A stretch of DNA of 64,000 nt from Chrysomallon squamiferum (taxonomy: Eukaryota; Animalia; Mollusca). The stretch lies in NCBI GenBank assembly GCA_012295275.1, contig CM022678.1:13020001-13084000 (forward strand), in the 5' to 3' direction. This document shows, piece by piece, positions 44,544 through 57,830 of this stretch. The stretch's first letter is position 1; each line of letters begins with the position of its first letter. Position numbers and translations under genes: made by a program. The notes beneath the pieces are model-generated. The model did no database searches. It worked only from the letters and a program-made list of their open reading frames with translations, and had not been told where the DNA came from.

Positions 44544-45820
44544 TTTTTTTTTATTTTTATTTTTTTTGTAGGTTTTTTTTGTCTAGGTGGTCTTTTTTTT
44601 TTTTCTTGACTTGTGGACATTTGTTTGGTCTTTTTCTAATCAGGCGTGGTTTTATTTGATCTTTTTTTTTTTAACCAGATTTTAAACTTCTTTGATTACA
44701 TTTCATATATATGATAATTTAATGATATAAATAATATTAAGAATTTTATTAAACATTTCAGATAATTATATTTTTAATTTCACACTATCAGTTTGTAATG
44801 TAATATATTTTCTTATTCAGTAATATAAGCATATTTCATTTTTCAGTATGAATTTTATTAGTTTTAGCGTGTGACGTTCGTCCATCACGTCCAGATTGTT
44901 GTTAAACAGGAGCAGTGTTCTAATTTAATTGATTTTTTTTTCAACTGTCTGAAAACGAAAGCCGCAGTTTTGTGAAACTATCAAGCAGAATCTAATTTAT
45001 GCAATCTATTTATTGTCTCACTGTTTTCAGTTCTTTTCTGTTCTTTATCGTTTGACGCGTTTCCTGGCCTTTGAAGGGGATAAAGTTTGTAATATTGATA
45101 ATTATCTAGTCAGCCTTCACAGATAACCTGACCTCCGACCTGGTTATCGCGTACAGGGCAAAGGTCACCATCAGGTGTTACGACATTCCCGTTCGTTATC
45201 GTTGGAGGTTTAGATAACCTGGTCTAGTGTTTGATTAGCTAGATTTATTTTGTTTTATTTCCTTTTCTTTCTTTTATCATTTACATTTTTTTATTTCAGT
45301 CCTTACTGAAGAATCCATTCAGAGATAAAAATAAGAAACGACAAATAAAATTAAATTAAATAAAACAAAAATTAAAAGAAGAAAGAAAAACAAACAAACA
45401 AATAAATAAAATAACGTTTATTATTATTATTTTAAATATTATTGTATATTTTTTTCATTATTTTGAATTATATAATTTATTCGACCTTTTTTCTTTAATC
45501 TCTCTCTCTCTCTTTCTGTTTGTCTGGCTTTCTCTCTCTCTCATGCTTAATATTTATTAGAACAAATATAATTTTATAACAACAGGGTTCAGAAGAAAAA
45601 AATATCAAGTGATATCTTGAAAGTTGTAAGTAGTTAAAGTAACTTGACTGTATTTTAACACTTCACACTGGAAACTGTTGCAGAGTATTTAAAGAGGACG
45701 AATCAGTTCCCGGCTCTAAGGTTGTCCTAAAATACCCTGCAATTCTCCGCAGTAAAAAATATTTCACCAAAACAGAGCGTATATCTTTCTTTCCTTCCTC
45801 CTTTATTTATTTATTTATTA

Positions 45821-45851
<31 letters not shown>

Positions 45852-46477
45852 ATACGATTCAAATTGTTAATTTTTATAATATTTCTTTACGAACATCATA
45901 ATTTTATTTATTTATTTTATTATTTTGTTTTTACACCTTACCTTTTCTTTACAACTGTAGTTCAACATTTGTTACGCCTTTTTCTATATCAGGATTGAGA
46001 ACCAGTATATTTAGAAATGTCTGGAAATGGGCGTATCGTTAAACCGCCATGTTTCTCGTTAAGTAGCCATTCATCTCAATTCTTTTTCTTTTTTCTGCTC
46101 TTGTTTTCATAACAAAACTGTTACTATGGAAACAGTAGACAACCGCCCACAACTTGACCTGGCATTGATGTTTTGAGGGATTCTGATGGTTCTTTTGCTG
46201 TTTTCTCTTTTCTGTTGTTTTTTTGTTAAGCTTCCTTTCTTTCTTTCTTTCTTACTTTTTCTTTTGTATATCTGTTAGCACATTTGAAAATATTTTCGAA
46301 CCAAGACTTATTTTATATTTGATAAAAGAGTGTCTGCAGTTTTTTAATATTATTTGAAAAGTTGGGTTGTGTGTGTTTGTGTAATTGTAACTGACTAAAT
46401 TATTTGATAAGTTATAGCATATACTCATTTTTATTACTTCTTTTTAAAATATTTATTTATTTATTTATTTATTTATA

Positions 46478-46533
<56 letters not shown>

Positions 46534-47463
46534 AGGGAATAGATTTTTGACGAAATTGTGTAAAATGGGTTTATTATTTTTTGTCGTACCTTATTATTAA
46601 CAAAGGTTAGGAATATATAGTGAAGTTTAGTTTGCACTTTCAGCTTTAGAACAGCATACGAGGTAAACTTTAAGTGCTTAGTTCACGAATCACGTTGTGC
46701 ACAGATACAAAGCGTGTGTCTTCTCACGTGCAGAGGGACTTTAACTCGCCAGAAGCTGTGTAAAACTGCCTGCTACATATTTCCATGTCTCGCTTCTATG
46801 TCAGTGTCCAATTTCAAAGCTGGAGGAATTAACAAAGGGGGCTGGAAGCAGTTTAGCAAGCAAATTCTCCTTACAGTGACACCCTCAATTAAAATATCCA
46901 TTCCAAGATATTTTTATCGTTTAGTTAAGCCTTCCGCTATCTCTCTGCCGTCTGCTTTCTTTTCGCTGCTCGCGCCATAACGGATTGGTAAAGAGATTCG
47001 GGAATTTCTTTTCAGTGGTATTTAGCAATTTTGTGTGGCTGGTCTTAAAGCTTGTTTTTGTATTTCCCCGAGTGAAATGACTTTAATGTAAGGTTCTATT
47101 TTCGTACTCATCAATCAAAAGATATACCCCGGCTCAATAAACGAATTTGTTTCCAAGGCACATCGGTTCATAGCTTTATCATAATGTCTTCTGAATTGCT
47201 CGTGTCAACAGTTATGTTCCCTCGTTTGTTTTGCAGGTCATATATAAATCATTAGGTATAAAAAACCACTAAATTCTTGTTTTTCTTCGGGTGCTCGCTC
47301 GTTAAATTGGATTTTACCAAGTTAAACATGGCAATAAAACTCCGACACTTTATTTTATATCTCTTGTTTTTTTTAATTTTTTTGCAGAGGAGCTTTCGCA
47401 TAAATGAATGAATCAATATTCATTTAAGTATCTTTTAATTTAAAACAAGAACAACAATATCAA

Positions 47464-47552
<89 letters not shown>

Positions 47553-47737
47553 TAATAACAATAAAAAGAAGATGAATTTAAACGAATATTTTGATGATTT
47601 CAAATTAAATGTTTTGTCAGACCGGGACATGTGGTTTTTATTTGTTTATTTGATTAATTCCTTCGATTTTTCTAGAATTACATTTTAATGTTAAATATTG
47701 TTAATTTCTTCTTCTTCTTCTTCTTCTTCTTCTTCTT

Positions 47738-47768
<31 letters not shown>

Positions 47769-48659
47769 TTATTATTATTATTATTGTTATTGTTATTGTT
47801 ATTGTTATTGTTATTGTTATTGTTATTGTAATTGTTATTGTAATTGTTATTATTATTATTATTATTAACACGAGTTTTAATCTCATTAAACACTGCAGAC
47901 TGTTGGTGACCTCCGTTACGCATGAATGGTTTGTTACTTTTGCTTATACGAATATTTTCACTACAGCTCCCCTCAAATGCAGTCTTCTGTTCAGCGTACA
48001 CTATCATAATCTAATAAAGTAAATATCCATAGCCTTTTTATTTCTCTCTAATCTCATACTGCCTTAACAAATATTGTAATAGCTCCGGTGTCAATGACTT
48101 TGTGGCACTTTTCGGTATTCACTGCAGGATGGCGTGCTCGGTTGTTTGCGGTGCTTTATGTGCTGCAAGTGTTTTTCGGGCAGGTTTTTTCTTTATTGAT
48201 TTCTACATTGTGCAGGAAAATATTTCACGGTATTAACACTTGATCGGAAATTAGGACAGTAGGTTTATATTCGCATTTTAGCGGATATTGTGATCGACAT
48301 CAAAAGAAGATTTAAGCTCGAAAGAAAAGAAAGAAAGCGGGGCCACAGTTTGAGTTTTAATATGGCCTACTTCTAGTAATAATGACCACCTCTTTAGAAA
48401 CCACCGCGGTTCTTTACAAGAAGAAGTACTTTAGTGAGGATAATAAAAATTCCCAAATGTTCGTGCATTTCCGTCTAGCTGTATCAAATCCATTCGTAAA
48501 TTGTCGAATATTTTGGTAAAAGTTTAACGGTCAACCGAATAACCGCATCAGTACAGTAACATGTCTACGTCGTTGCCTTAGAAACCGTCAGTTTCAGATA
48601 TTGTTAAAGATAATAAAATAATAATACATATCTGTTAAAATTTTCCAATATGACTTATT

Positions 48660-49118
<459 letters not shown>

Positions 49119-49887
49119 ATAGCAAGAACTTATTTGGTATTTAACTATTTAAGAGATTATTCCTCTATTATCAAATGTAATTATTTCAAAGTAACTCCAC
49201 ATACGATTGCAAACTCCTAAGCATCTCATCTTTCTTTTCTCAGTTACTCAAAGCCATATCTGTCACGTGATTTCCTCCCACTGGCTGCTAATGGAGAACC
49301 TAAACAACGGATTAGTTTGAATCCGTTATATTGTGTGTCAAACATAAAAGCAATAACAGAAAGAAAAAAAAGAAAAAAAGAAAATGGGCGTTTTGGGACT
49401 GGCTGTGTGCTACTCGCAAAGAATTCCCGCTGGGGCTGGGGATTATCTGTGTTTTCTGTATTGAAACGATAAACACAAAGACTCTTTTATTTAGCATAAA
49501 GCACCAAGAACACTTTAGAAATAATTGGTTTAAAAGAGAAGAATTTCTGTTTTAAATCGTTTATATGACAGATTCAGTTTGAAATCAGACTTCATGACAG
49601 ATACTACACTGTACCTGTTAACTGATTACTTTGAAGTTTAGTTTTATTTTAGTATTAACGTGTTGATGTTATTTCATTTTTCTTCCAAAATTACAGTCTA
49701 GCTCATCATATTCATTGAGAGAAAGAAAGACATAGAGAGACACAAAGAGAAGGCGAAAGACAGAAAGATTATTATTATTATTAGAGATAGTGTTATACAC
49801 GTATATATGTATGTATGTGTATGCTCCTTTGTTTGTATGTTTCTTTCTTTATTTGTTTGTTTATTTGTTTGTTTGTTTGTTTTCCAG

Positions 49888-50194
49888 GTATCCGCAGTAC
49901 GTGTATCCGTCGGCGGCCTATCTGACGTCACAGGGGATGCTGGCTGCTGTGCCTCACTCGCCGTTGTCGCCCACGAGTGCCACGTCCACGCAGCAGTTCA
50001 TTGACTACTCGTCTGCGTACGCTGCGCAGATTTCCGCTGCGGAGTACGCCGCCTATCCGTACTCGACGAGCTCGGCGGCGGCTTACGCGATACCCACTGC
50101 GTACACTTACGCCGTGCCGCAACAAATTGCCGCCGGAGCTTCGGGACACTTCGCCCACTTTCAGCCCCAACAGATCCAAGAGCGGATGCAGTAG
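49888..50194 (+). CDS. RBM24: RBM24/RBM38-family coding exon 4 (Ala/Tyr/Ser-rich C-terminus, stop TAG)
   Basis: Acceptor gttttccag| ends at 49887. Translation YPQYVYPSAAY..FIDYSSAYA..YAAYPYS..QPQQIQERMQ* resembles the vertebrate RBM24/38 tail (YVYP, IDY, YPY, xRMQ* end). Composition is GC-rich and coding-like. Confidence 0.94.
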
Positions 50195-51460
50195 GATTAT
50201 CTCCCCTGATTGTACTTCTCCACAGACACCATCTAACGGACTCTAAAAATAACAGCGACAAAAAGACATTATGAACAAAAGAAATTAATTACAGTTGTTT
50301 ACTTATTCTACAAATAAGTCCGGAGAATAAATATTTTATTTTTATTTTTAAGAGCTGATTCTTTTTTTGGTGAACGACAAGTGATGACGTCACTTGGTGC
50401 AGACAACCAAAAAGAAACAAAAATGATCTCTTTGTTTGAAAGAGTTGATTCAAAATAATGGAAAGAAATAAGAGCAAAAAAACCAAATGAAATCGGATTT
50501 TATTATTATTATTATATTATATTTTATTATTTTTTACTTAGTTTTTGAAATGAGAAAATGATGAAGAAGCGAGGATACTTACTGGATATAAGTGTATATA
50601 TATATAATTTTATGTAATGATGTTGTGATATCACGTGACATCAACGTTGAACGTATTCTACTACCACACTGTTGTGTCCTCTTTGTCCGTCCCAAATGCT
50701 TTGACTTGCCGCGCATGCGTCAACCACAAGATGAGATATAATACAGATGACTTTAATATAGAAAAGCGTAGGAAATAGACTATGCAAAATGTATTAATTA
50801 GATTAGTTCATAATTCTTTGTTTATACGGAATAATAACTGTAAATTGTTGTTTACCAAATACTGTTTTACATTAATGTTTTGTTATTTGATGTTAACATA
50901 TTAATAATTGTTGTTTCGTTTTATATTATATTACTTTATTTTATTCACTTTCATTTTAAATTTAATGCAATCTTTCTTATTTCTTTTTATTTCTTTATTT
51001 ATGTGATTTGATTTTTAATCTTTCCTTTATGTTATTGTCATTTATTTATTTATTTACTTATTTTTATATTTTGCATTTGTCGTAAATTTTAAATGCTGAT
51101 CATACTTTGTTTTTTAAATGTATTCTTTTTCTAAATATTTTAAAATATATATTTCTAAGATATAACTTAATACTTTTTCCACATTAGTTATTATGGTATG
51201 AAATTGTATGTGGACAGTCCATATCTAAATTATTTGTCTCGAGTGCCTTATGTTGGGATCTGTTTTCTGTTCGTACGGAGGTCTGTATGTTTGTCCCACT
51301 TGGAAATAAGACCATCACGATATTATGACAATTTTTATCTTGTTAAAGGTCACGTGGTGAGATAATAAGTTATCTCCCGTTATAATTCAGTATTTATTAC
51401 GTCAATGCATAAATAATTAGTTGGTATTTATTTTTTTTTTTATTTCCTTTATTCTTTTTC

Positions 51461-51500
<40 letters not shown>

Positions 51501-52850
51501 TTGTTGCGGTTGTTATGGAAACATACACGGTTTTCACTTACTTGTTGTTAAGGTATTTATTTATTATTTTTAAAAATTCTAATCTTTGAAATGTTTCGTA
51601 TTTAATATTTATTTCGACCAACTTGTTAAGAAAAGGTTGGTATTATTAATTTTTTTTCCTTCCAATTTACCTATGTACATTTTCGGAGAACAACTATTTT
51701 TGGATGAAAGAATTTTAGAGCAAAATATCCTTTTCGTTTTGCCCTTTTCAGTTCATCGTCCGGAATCAGAGCGACTTTAACAGTGACGTGTCGGTCAGTT
51801 TTCATCCAGCCGCTAAAAGTATTATTTTACAATGGGTTGTGTTTTAATTTATTTTGTTTTAAAAGAACGACATAGATATTTATCAGAGACAAGATCACGT
51901 GACTGCGATCCTATCCTAGGGGGCGTCATATCATGCATTTTTAAAAAATAGAAATTTCGTTTCATTATTGTCCTGTCTGTTTGCAATATTTGCATTCCAA
52001 AAATTTAATTGAAGAATTTCGATTTCCAAACCAAATATTTTGTATTATTTTATATTTTATATATCATTAATAGTCAGTCAAAGTTCAGGGGCATATTCAG
52101 AAGGAAAACAAAAAAGAATGTCCGTCCCTACCTCATGAAATGGGCTATGAATGACCTCAAATGACCTTTCTGTCTTGTCCATGATGACCCGAGAACTGTC
52201 GACGAATAACCAGACTGTGTTAGTTTTGTCATACAGCAAACACAAACACTTTATTATTATGTTTGAGAAACAGCTCTACAGCATCAGTCTTAAAATATAA
52301 GTTCTGATTTCCAGTACTTTATATAAAATTTAATTTCCATGTTAAAAATAAATAGATAAGATAGGTAAATTAACAACCAGCGAAATAAATAAATAAATAA
52401 ATAAAATGTTTAGCTGTGGTCTTTCCCTGATAAAAATCTTTGTAGTTCTCGAATAGAACCGGAAGTTAGAGAGCAGTGTATATAAAATAAAACTTCCGGT
52501 AGAACGAGAGTGCTTCGAAAAACGATCATGTTATTTAAAAGGACACATAATTTTACTTATTTATTGACAATCGTGAGCCAATTAGGTCACTTATTATTAT
52601 TAATCCAAGATGTTAATCTGTTTATGTACATATAATTACAAGGAACAAGAACGAAGACAGGTTTATGTAAATTTATGTTACTTTAGCTAACTTATGATAT
52701 AATATTATGCAAAAAGTTAACTAACTATATTAAAAATTTGCCATCGTTGTAAATATATCATTATAATTATACTTATTATGTATTTAACTTTATTCATATT
52801 CATTACAAGCATGTAGCTTATTGTATAGCCATAAAACTGATATCTTTTAT
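50195..52850 (+). other. Putative 3'UTR of the RBM24/38 gene (end uncertain)
   Basis: U-rich sequence follows the stop codon. AATAAA occurs at 50326 and 52486, among others, and PUF-type TGTAHATA at 52625 and 52748. The 3' end cannot be fixed from sequence alone. Confidence 0.45.
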
Positions 52851-53150
52851 ATTGTTTAGAAATGTCACTAGCGAAAATGGGCGGAAAAAGCCGAGTAACG
52901 TAAACTTCAGAAACGAAGTATATTGAGAAATTATCGTTGAAATAATGACAGTCTAATTTTCTTTTTTAGTAATAGACGTTATTTATTTTTATTATTGTAA
53001 ATTATCCAACACAGAAAACTTTTAAGTTATGTTTTTCTGACTACATGATATTGATGTATTTTCAAACACCATCAATTTACAACGATAAAACAACAACTAC
53101 CACCAGTAGCTAGTTTAACAGACATAACAGCTATAACAACAGCATCAACA

Positions 53151-53205
<55 letters not shown>

Positions 53206-53730
53206 TACGGTTTTATCGCTGATTATTTACGAGTATAAAAAATAAAAACTTTTGAAATGAGTAAAGAAATATTTAATTTTCTGAAATTATGAAAGTGTCA
53301 GTGTTGTGGCTAGATTTATGAAGATTAAGAAGCATAATTCGAACGAATCGTTCAAAAGTCATTTTTACAACGTTCGTTCGTTTGTTCGAAACATGTTGTA
53401 CTTATGTTATAATCACAAAATAAAAATGTTAAATATGTACAGCTTGTTGTTTTTAATCACCTGTTTAACAACTCTGTGTTTGCTTGTGTAACTATCTGAT
53501 TCTATCTCTCTTTCAGTTTTTTTTCTCTCTGTCTGTTTGTCTCTCTATCTATCTATCTATCTGCTGTCTTTCTGTCTGTCTGTCTGTCTGCCTATATATT
53601 TATTTGTCGTCCATACATCCATCATCTATCTATTTACATGACTCCATTTTAAAATTTAATGCAAATCAGACTTTACAACGATAGCTTAACCAGTATATCC
53701 ATGTATATCTGACTGCATGTCTGCTATCTC

Positions 53731-53803
<73 letters not shown>

Positions 53804-55131
53804 TCTTGATGTGGTTAAGAAATGGAAACCAACCTAAGAAAATTTTTTAATTATTAAATATCTTTTTTGTTTGTTTTTTATTATAAAATCTCTTGCTCGT
53901 TGAAGAATTTCTTTAAATAAGATTTTTTCATTTCACTGAATGAAATTTAAAGGAAAATAAACAAATTATCCTCGACAAACATGCTGTAGTGTTAATAACA
54001 ATACTTTATACTGCTGACGTCACGATGAAAAACAGCACCGACCTCAATTAACTCCCTTTTTATGGTTAACAAAGTCGTTATGTAACTCCATTGTTAAGCT
54101 CAATTCGATCGACTTTTAAATTGAAAAAAAAAAAAAAGGAAGGAAGGAAGAAAACTGGAAAAAAAAAGAAAGAAAGAAAAAAGAATTTCCTGAAGTGGCA
54201 AAACTGTCAGTGACTGAAAGAGGTGAAAATTAATAATTAAAAACAAACAGAACGTCTGCTATAAAGTCAACCAACGAGACGAATGGATAGGTGAATGAAT
54301 GAATGAATGAATGAGTGAATTAATTAATTAATGGATGAATGTATGTATGGATGGATGGCTGAATGGACGGATGGATAAAATATTTAAATTATTTACTTAA
54401 CTAGACGTGTGTCAGTCTCACTCTATTAGATTACAAAATAATGTATTTTTTTATTTATTATTATTTTTTTTTAATATTTCTAGAAATAAAAATAAAAGCT
54501 ATTTGTATATAACATTTCAGACAGGTTTTTGAATTATTACTTTGCCATCGATAACAAAAAATTATGACACTTCATGCCCTCTGCAGTACAATAAGAGAGA
54601 GACAGACAGACAGACACCCGCGTTCACTAACACACTCGACTGAATAACAAAGTAATTACCTCATGAACACAACGTAACCAGAATTCACAGCACGCGGTGC
54701 TGCCTTTATTCTGTAATAAACATAACACTGAGAGCAAACTGAAGGAATAGTACACAACATGATAACAGTAAATATAATTAAATTACAGGGTCGAAGGTCA
54801 AGGAGGTTTGAGGTGAAAGCGAAACTGAATGAAAGAATAAGAGAATGTTGTGTTTAAATTATATGTACATGTTTGTGTGCATTTGATATTATGCACTTAC
54901 ACATACACCTATATGTATATATTTTAATATTTTAAGAGAAATATAGAGATTAGATAGATAGACAGATAGATAGATAGATAGATAGAAAGATAGACAGATA
55001 GATAGATAGAGATAGATAGATAGATGATAGATAGATAGATATGCAGAGAGATGCGTATCTAATAACGAGAGAGAGAGAAACAGAAATTTAGGACAATTCT
55101 GGTGCATGATAATACCAAACATTAACTGAAT

Positions 55132-55237
<106 letters not shown>

Positions 55238-55699
55238 TCTCTCTCTCTCTCCCTAAGGCTAACGTTCCATCTAATTTTTTGAGAACTTTAATATCGTGTT
55301 CATGCAAACACAGAGACCTTTATTCCAAGAACACATTTAACCTGTTCACATAATCGTGTCGGGGTCTCAATTCGTCTGGACTTGTCTGCTTGTTTTCAAA
55401 GCGGACAATAACAAGCAAACATCCGGACACTGACACCCCGGGTGGCAGTCGCTCTTAATGCAAGTTCGATACAGAACGCAGCGTGTTTGCTAATCCCTGG
55501 GCTGACGTTTCCATTGCCGCTGTGGTCGAGGTGGCTGTGCAGGTGACAGACAATCGCCAAGCAAAATTAATGGTTTAAAGGTCAGAGATGAACTGCAGTG
55601 TGCAGAAAACTGTTTGAAACGTTTTCTTCTGTTTTCTTACTGCTAAACTAACAGTGTTTTTTGTTAGTTGAGATACATAGTGAACATTCTGTATACAAT

Positions 55700-55857
55700 A
55701 TAATAGAAATAACCACGATAGAAAAAAAGGAGAAAATCTGATTCGAAGATTGAATCAAAGACGCATATACATGCAGATATATGATATAGACAGTTATATA
55801 TATATATATGTATCTTCGTATATATAAGTATATAGGTATTTGTATGTCTTATGTGTG

Positions 55858-55908
<51 letters not shown>

Positions 55909-56080
55909 CTGTATGTATGCATGCATGTATGTGTGAGTATGTATCTGTATATACATTTATATATAATCCAGTAGCAATAACTATAACTGTCTATATCATA
56001 TATCTGCATGTATATGCGTCTTTGATTCTATCTTAGAATCAGTTTTTCTCCTTTTTTTCTATCGTGGTTATTTCTATTAT
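55700..56080. repeat. Foldback / long inverted repeat (99-bp arms, 183-bp spacer), possibly MITE-like
   Basis: 55700-55798 is the reverse complement of 55982-56080, with 3 mismatches by eye. The spacer is (TA)/(TG) microsatellite. No clear TSD. Confidence 0.88.
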
Positions 56081-56229
56081 GTCGTATTATTTCTATTTTA
56101 TACACACACATATATACATAACACAAACAAACATACACACATACAAACATACACACATACTTCAACGGGTGGACGTTCTGACACAGCTGTATAGATAGAC
56201 AGACAGATAGAGGGATGAATGACTAGGTA

Positions 56230-56314
<85 letters not shown>

Positions 56315-56496
56315 TAGATAGATAGATAGACAAATGATTTATTCAACATACACTAACACTCATATACATATCTAATGCGTGTGCAATATGTGTATGTAAA
56401 TGTGTATATCTACATACACACATACATATCTATCTACCTAATATATATTTATATATTTACACACACATACACACATGGATTATATCCATTATACAA

Positions 56497-56782
<286 letters not shown>

Positions 56783-57689
56783 GTGTAAACATAAAACAGA
56801 GATATTGGCCGCGACTAGAGCCGAGATTTGTAATAAAGTTTGTTTTTTCTCCTCGCTTATCTTATCTTGTTTTGTGTTACCTGAATGTTCTTGCCGCATC
56901 GACATACCTTTAAATATCTCTCACCTGTTTACCTGCCTTTGATTGTCCTTAAACGTGTCATATCTACAAGGAACAGCTCAGGTAGGTTTACGTCTGACAA
57001 GAAAATAATAAGGTGTAAGACACCAAATATTTGATAACGTGTAATAGAATCCACAGTGCAAAGATGTTACTGCATAGCCTGAGCTGAAAGCCGCAATCAC
57101 TGGGTACGATTTGTTCAAACCGTTCGGATAATACGTTTAAAGAAGTCGTTGCCTAAAGTTATGTGCACACATTTTAACGTATGCTGACTTTAACGTTTTA
57201 AAGAATTCATTGTAAGGAGATTGTAAAGTTTGAGGCTCAGTTCACAATACGATATAAACCTGACTAATTATATGTGTGAACAGATCATAATAAAAAGCTT
57301 AATTTATACAAACCCATAATATGTTTGACAGAGTTATCATGGAAAGAACATAAGGTTAACTTATTAAATGGTATAAATTCTGTTATTTGAAGACTTTGTC
57401 CTAATTAGGCCATAAGTATAGCATTAAACAGAATTCAATCAATATAATTGTTAAGATAAAAATGTGTAGAGACGAAACAGAAGAAAGGAAAGTATTTAAT
57501 AACACATTGCTACGGTTCGATTACGAGGTGGTATACACTTTATATTAAATACTTGAGGAGAATCTGGTCAGTTGTATTCTACATAACCAGCAGGAAGGTA
57601 AGGTAAAAGATTTAAACTCTTTCTTAAAACTAAAATGAACTGATAACACATTTCTAACGTTCATTGACACTATCATGTCAAGAACATTT

Positions 57690-57830
57690 AGATAGTAACA
57701 GAGGGAACCTAATGACGCCATACTATGGTTATACTTTCAGTTAGCAGAACGTGATCTTTTAACTATGCCTTCCCACACTCAGGAAATGGTTGTGAGCATC
57801 TGCTAGGATGGGAAATGGCTTGAGAAAACA
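57690..57830 (-). mobile_element. Degenerate SINE-like relic (MetaSINE-type central domain)
   Basis: The stretch agagggaacc..gacgcca..ttagcagaacgtgatcttttaactatgccttcccaca..agga resembles, from memory, the reverse complement of the mollusc SINE core GTGGGATGGTGCATATAAAAGATCCCTTGCTGCTAA..TGGCGACAGCGGGTTTCCTCT. Not verified by search. Confidence 0.4.

Noticed and set aside
49790-49887. N-terminal extensions of the exon-4 ORF (and similarly 33682-33741 for exon 2)
   Set aside because: These are intronic (TTTG/TTTA)n polypyrimidine tracts upstream of clear AG acceptors.
50192-50209. Stop-codon readthrough of the RBM24 TAG
   Set aside because: The context TAG-G is not leaky and an in-frame TGA follows after four codons.
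49928-50261. Antisense and alternative-frame ORFs over exon 4
   Set aside because: By-products of the GC-rich Ala/Ser/Tyr codons of the real exon, with no recognisable domains.
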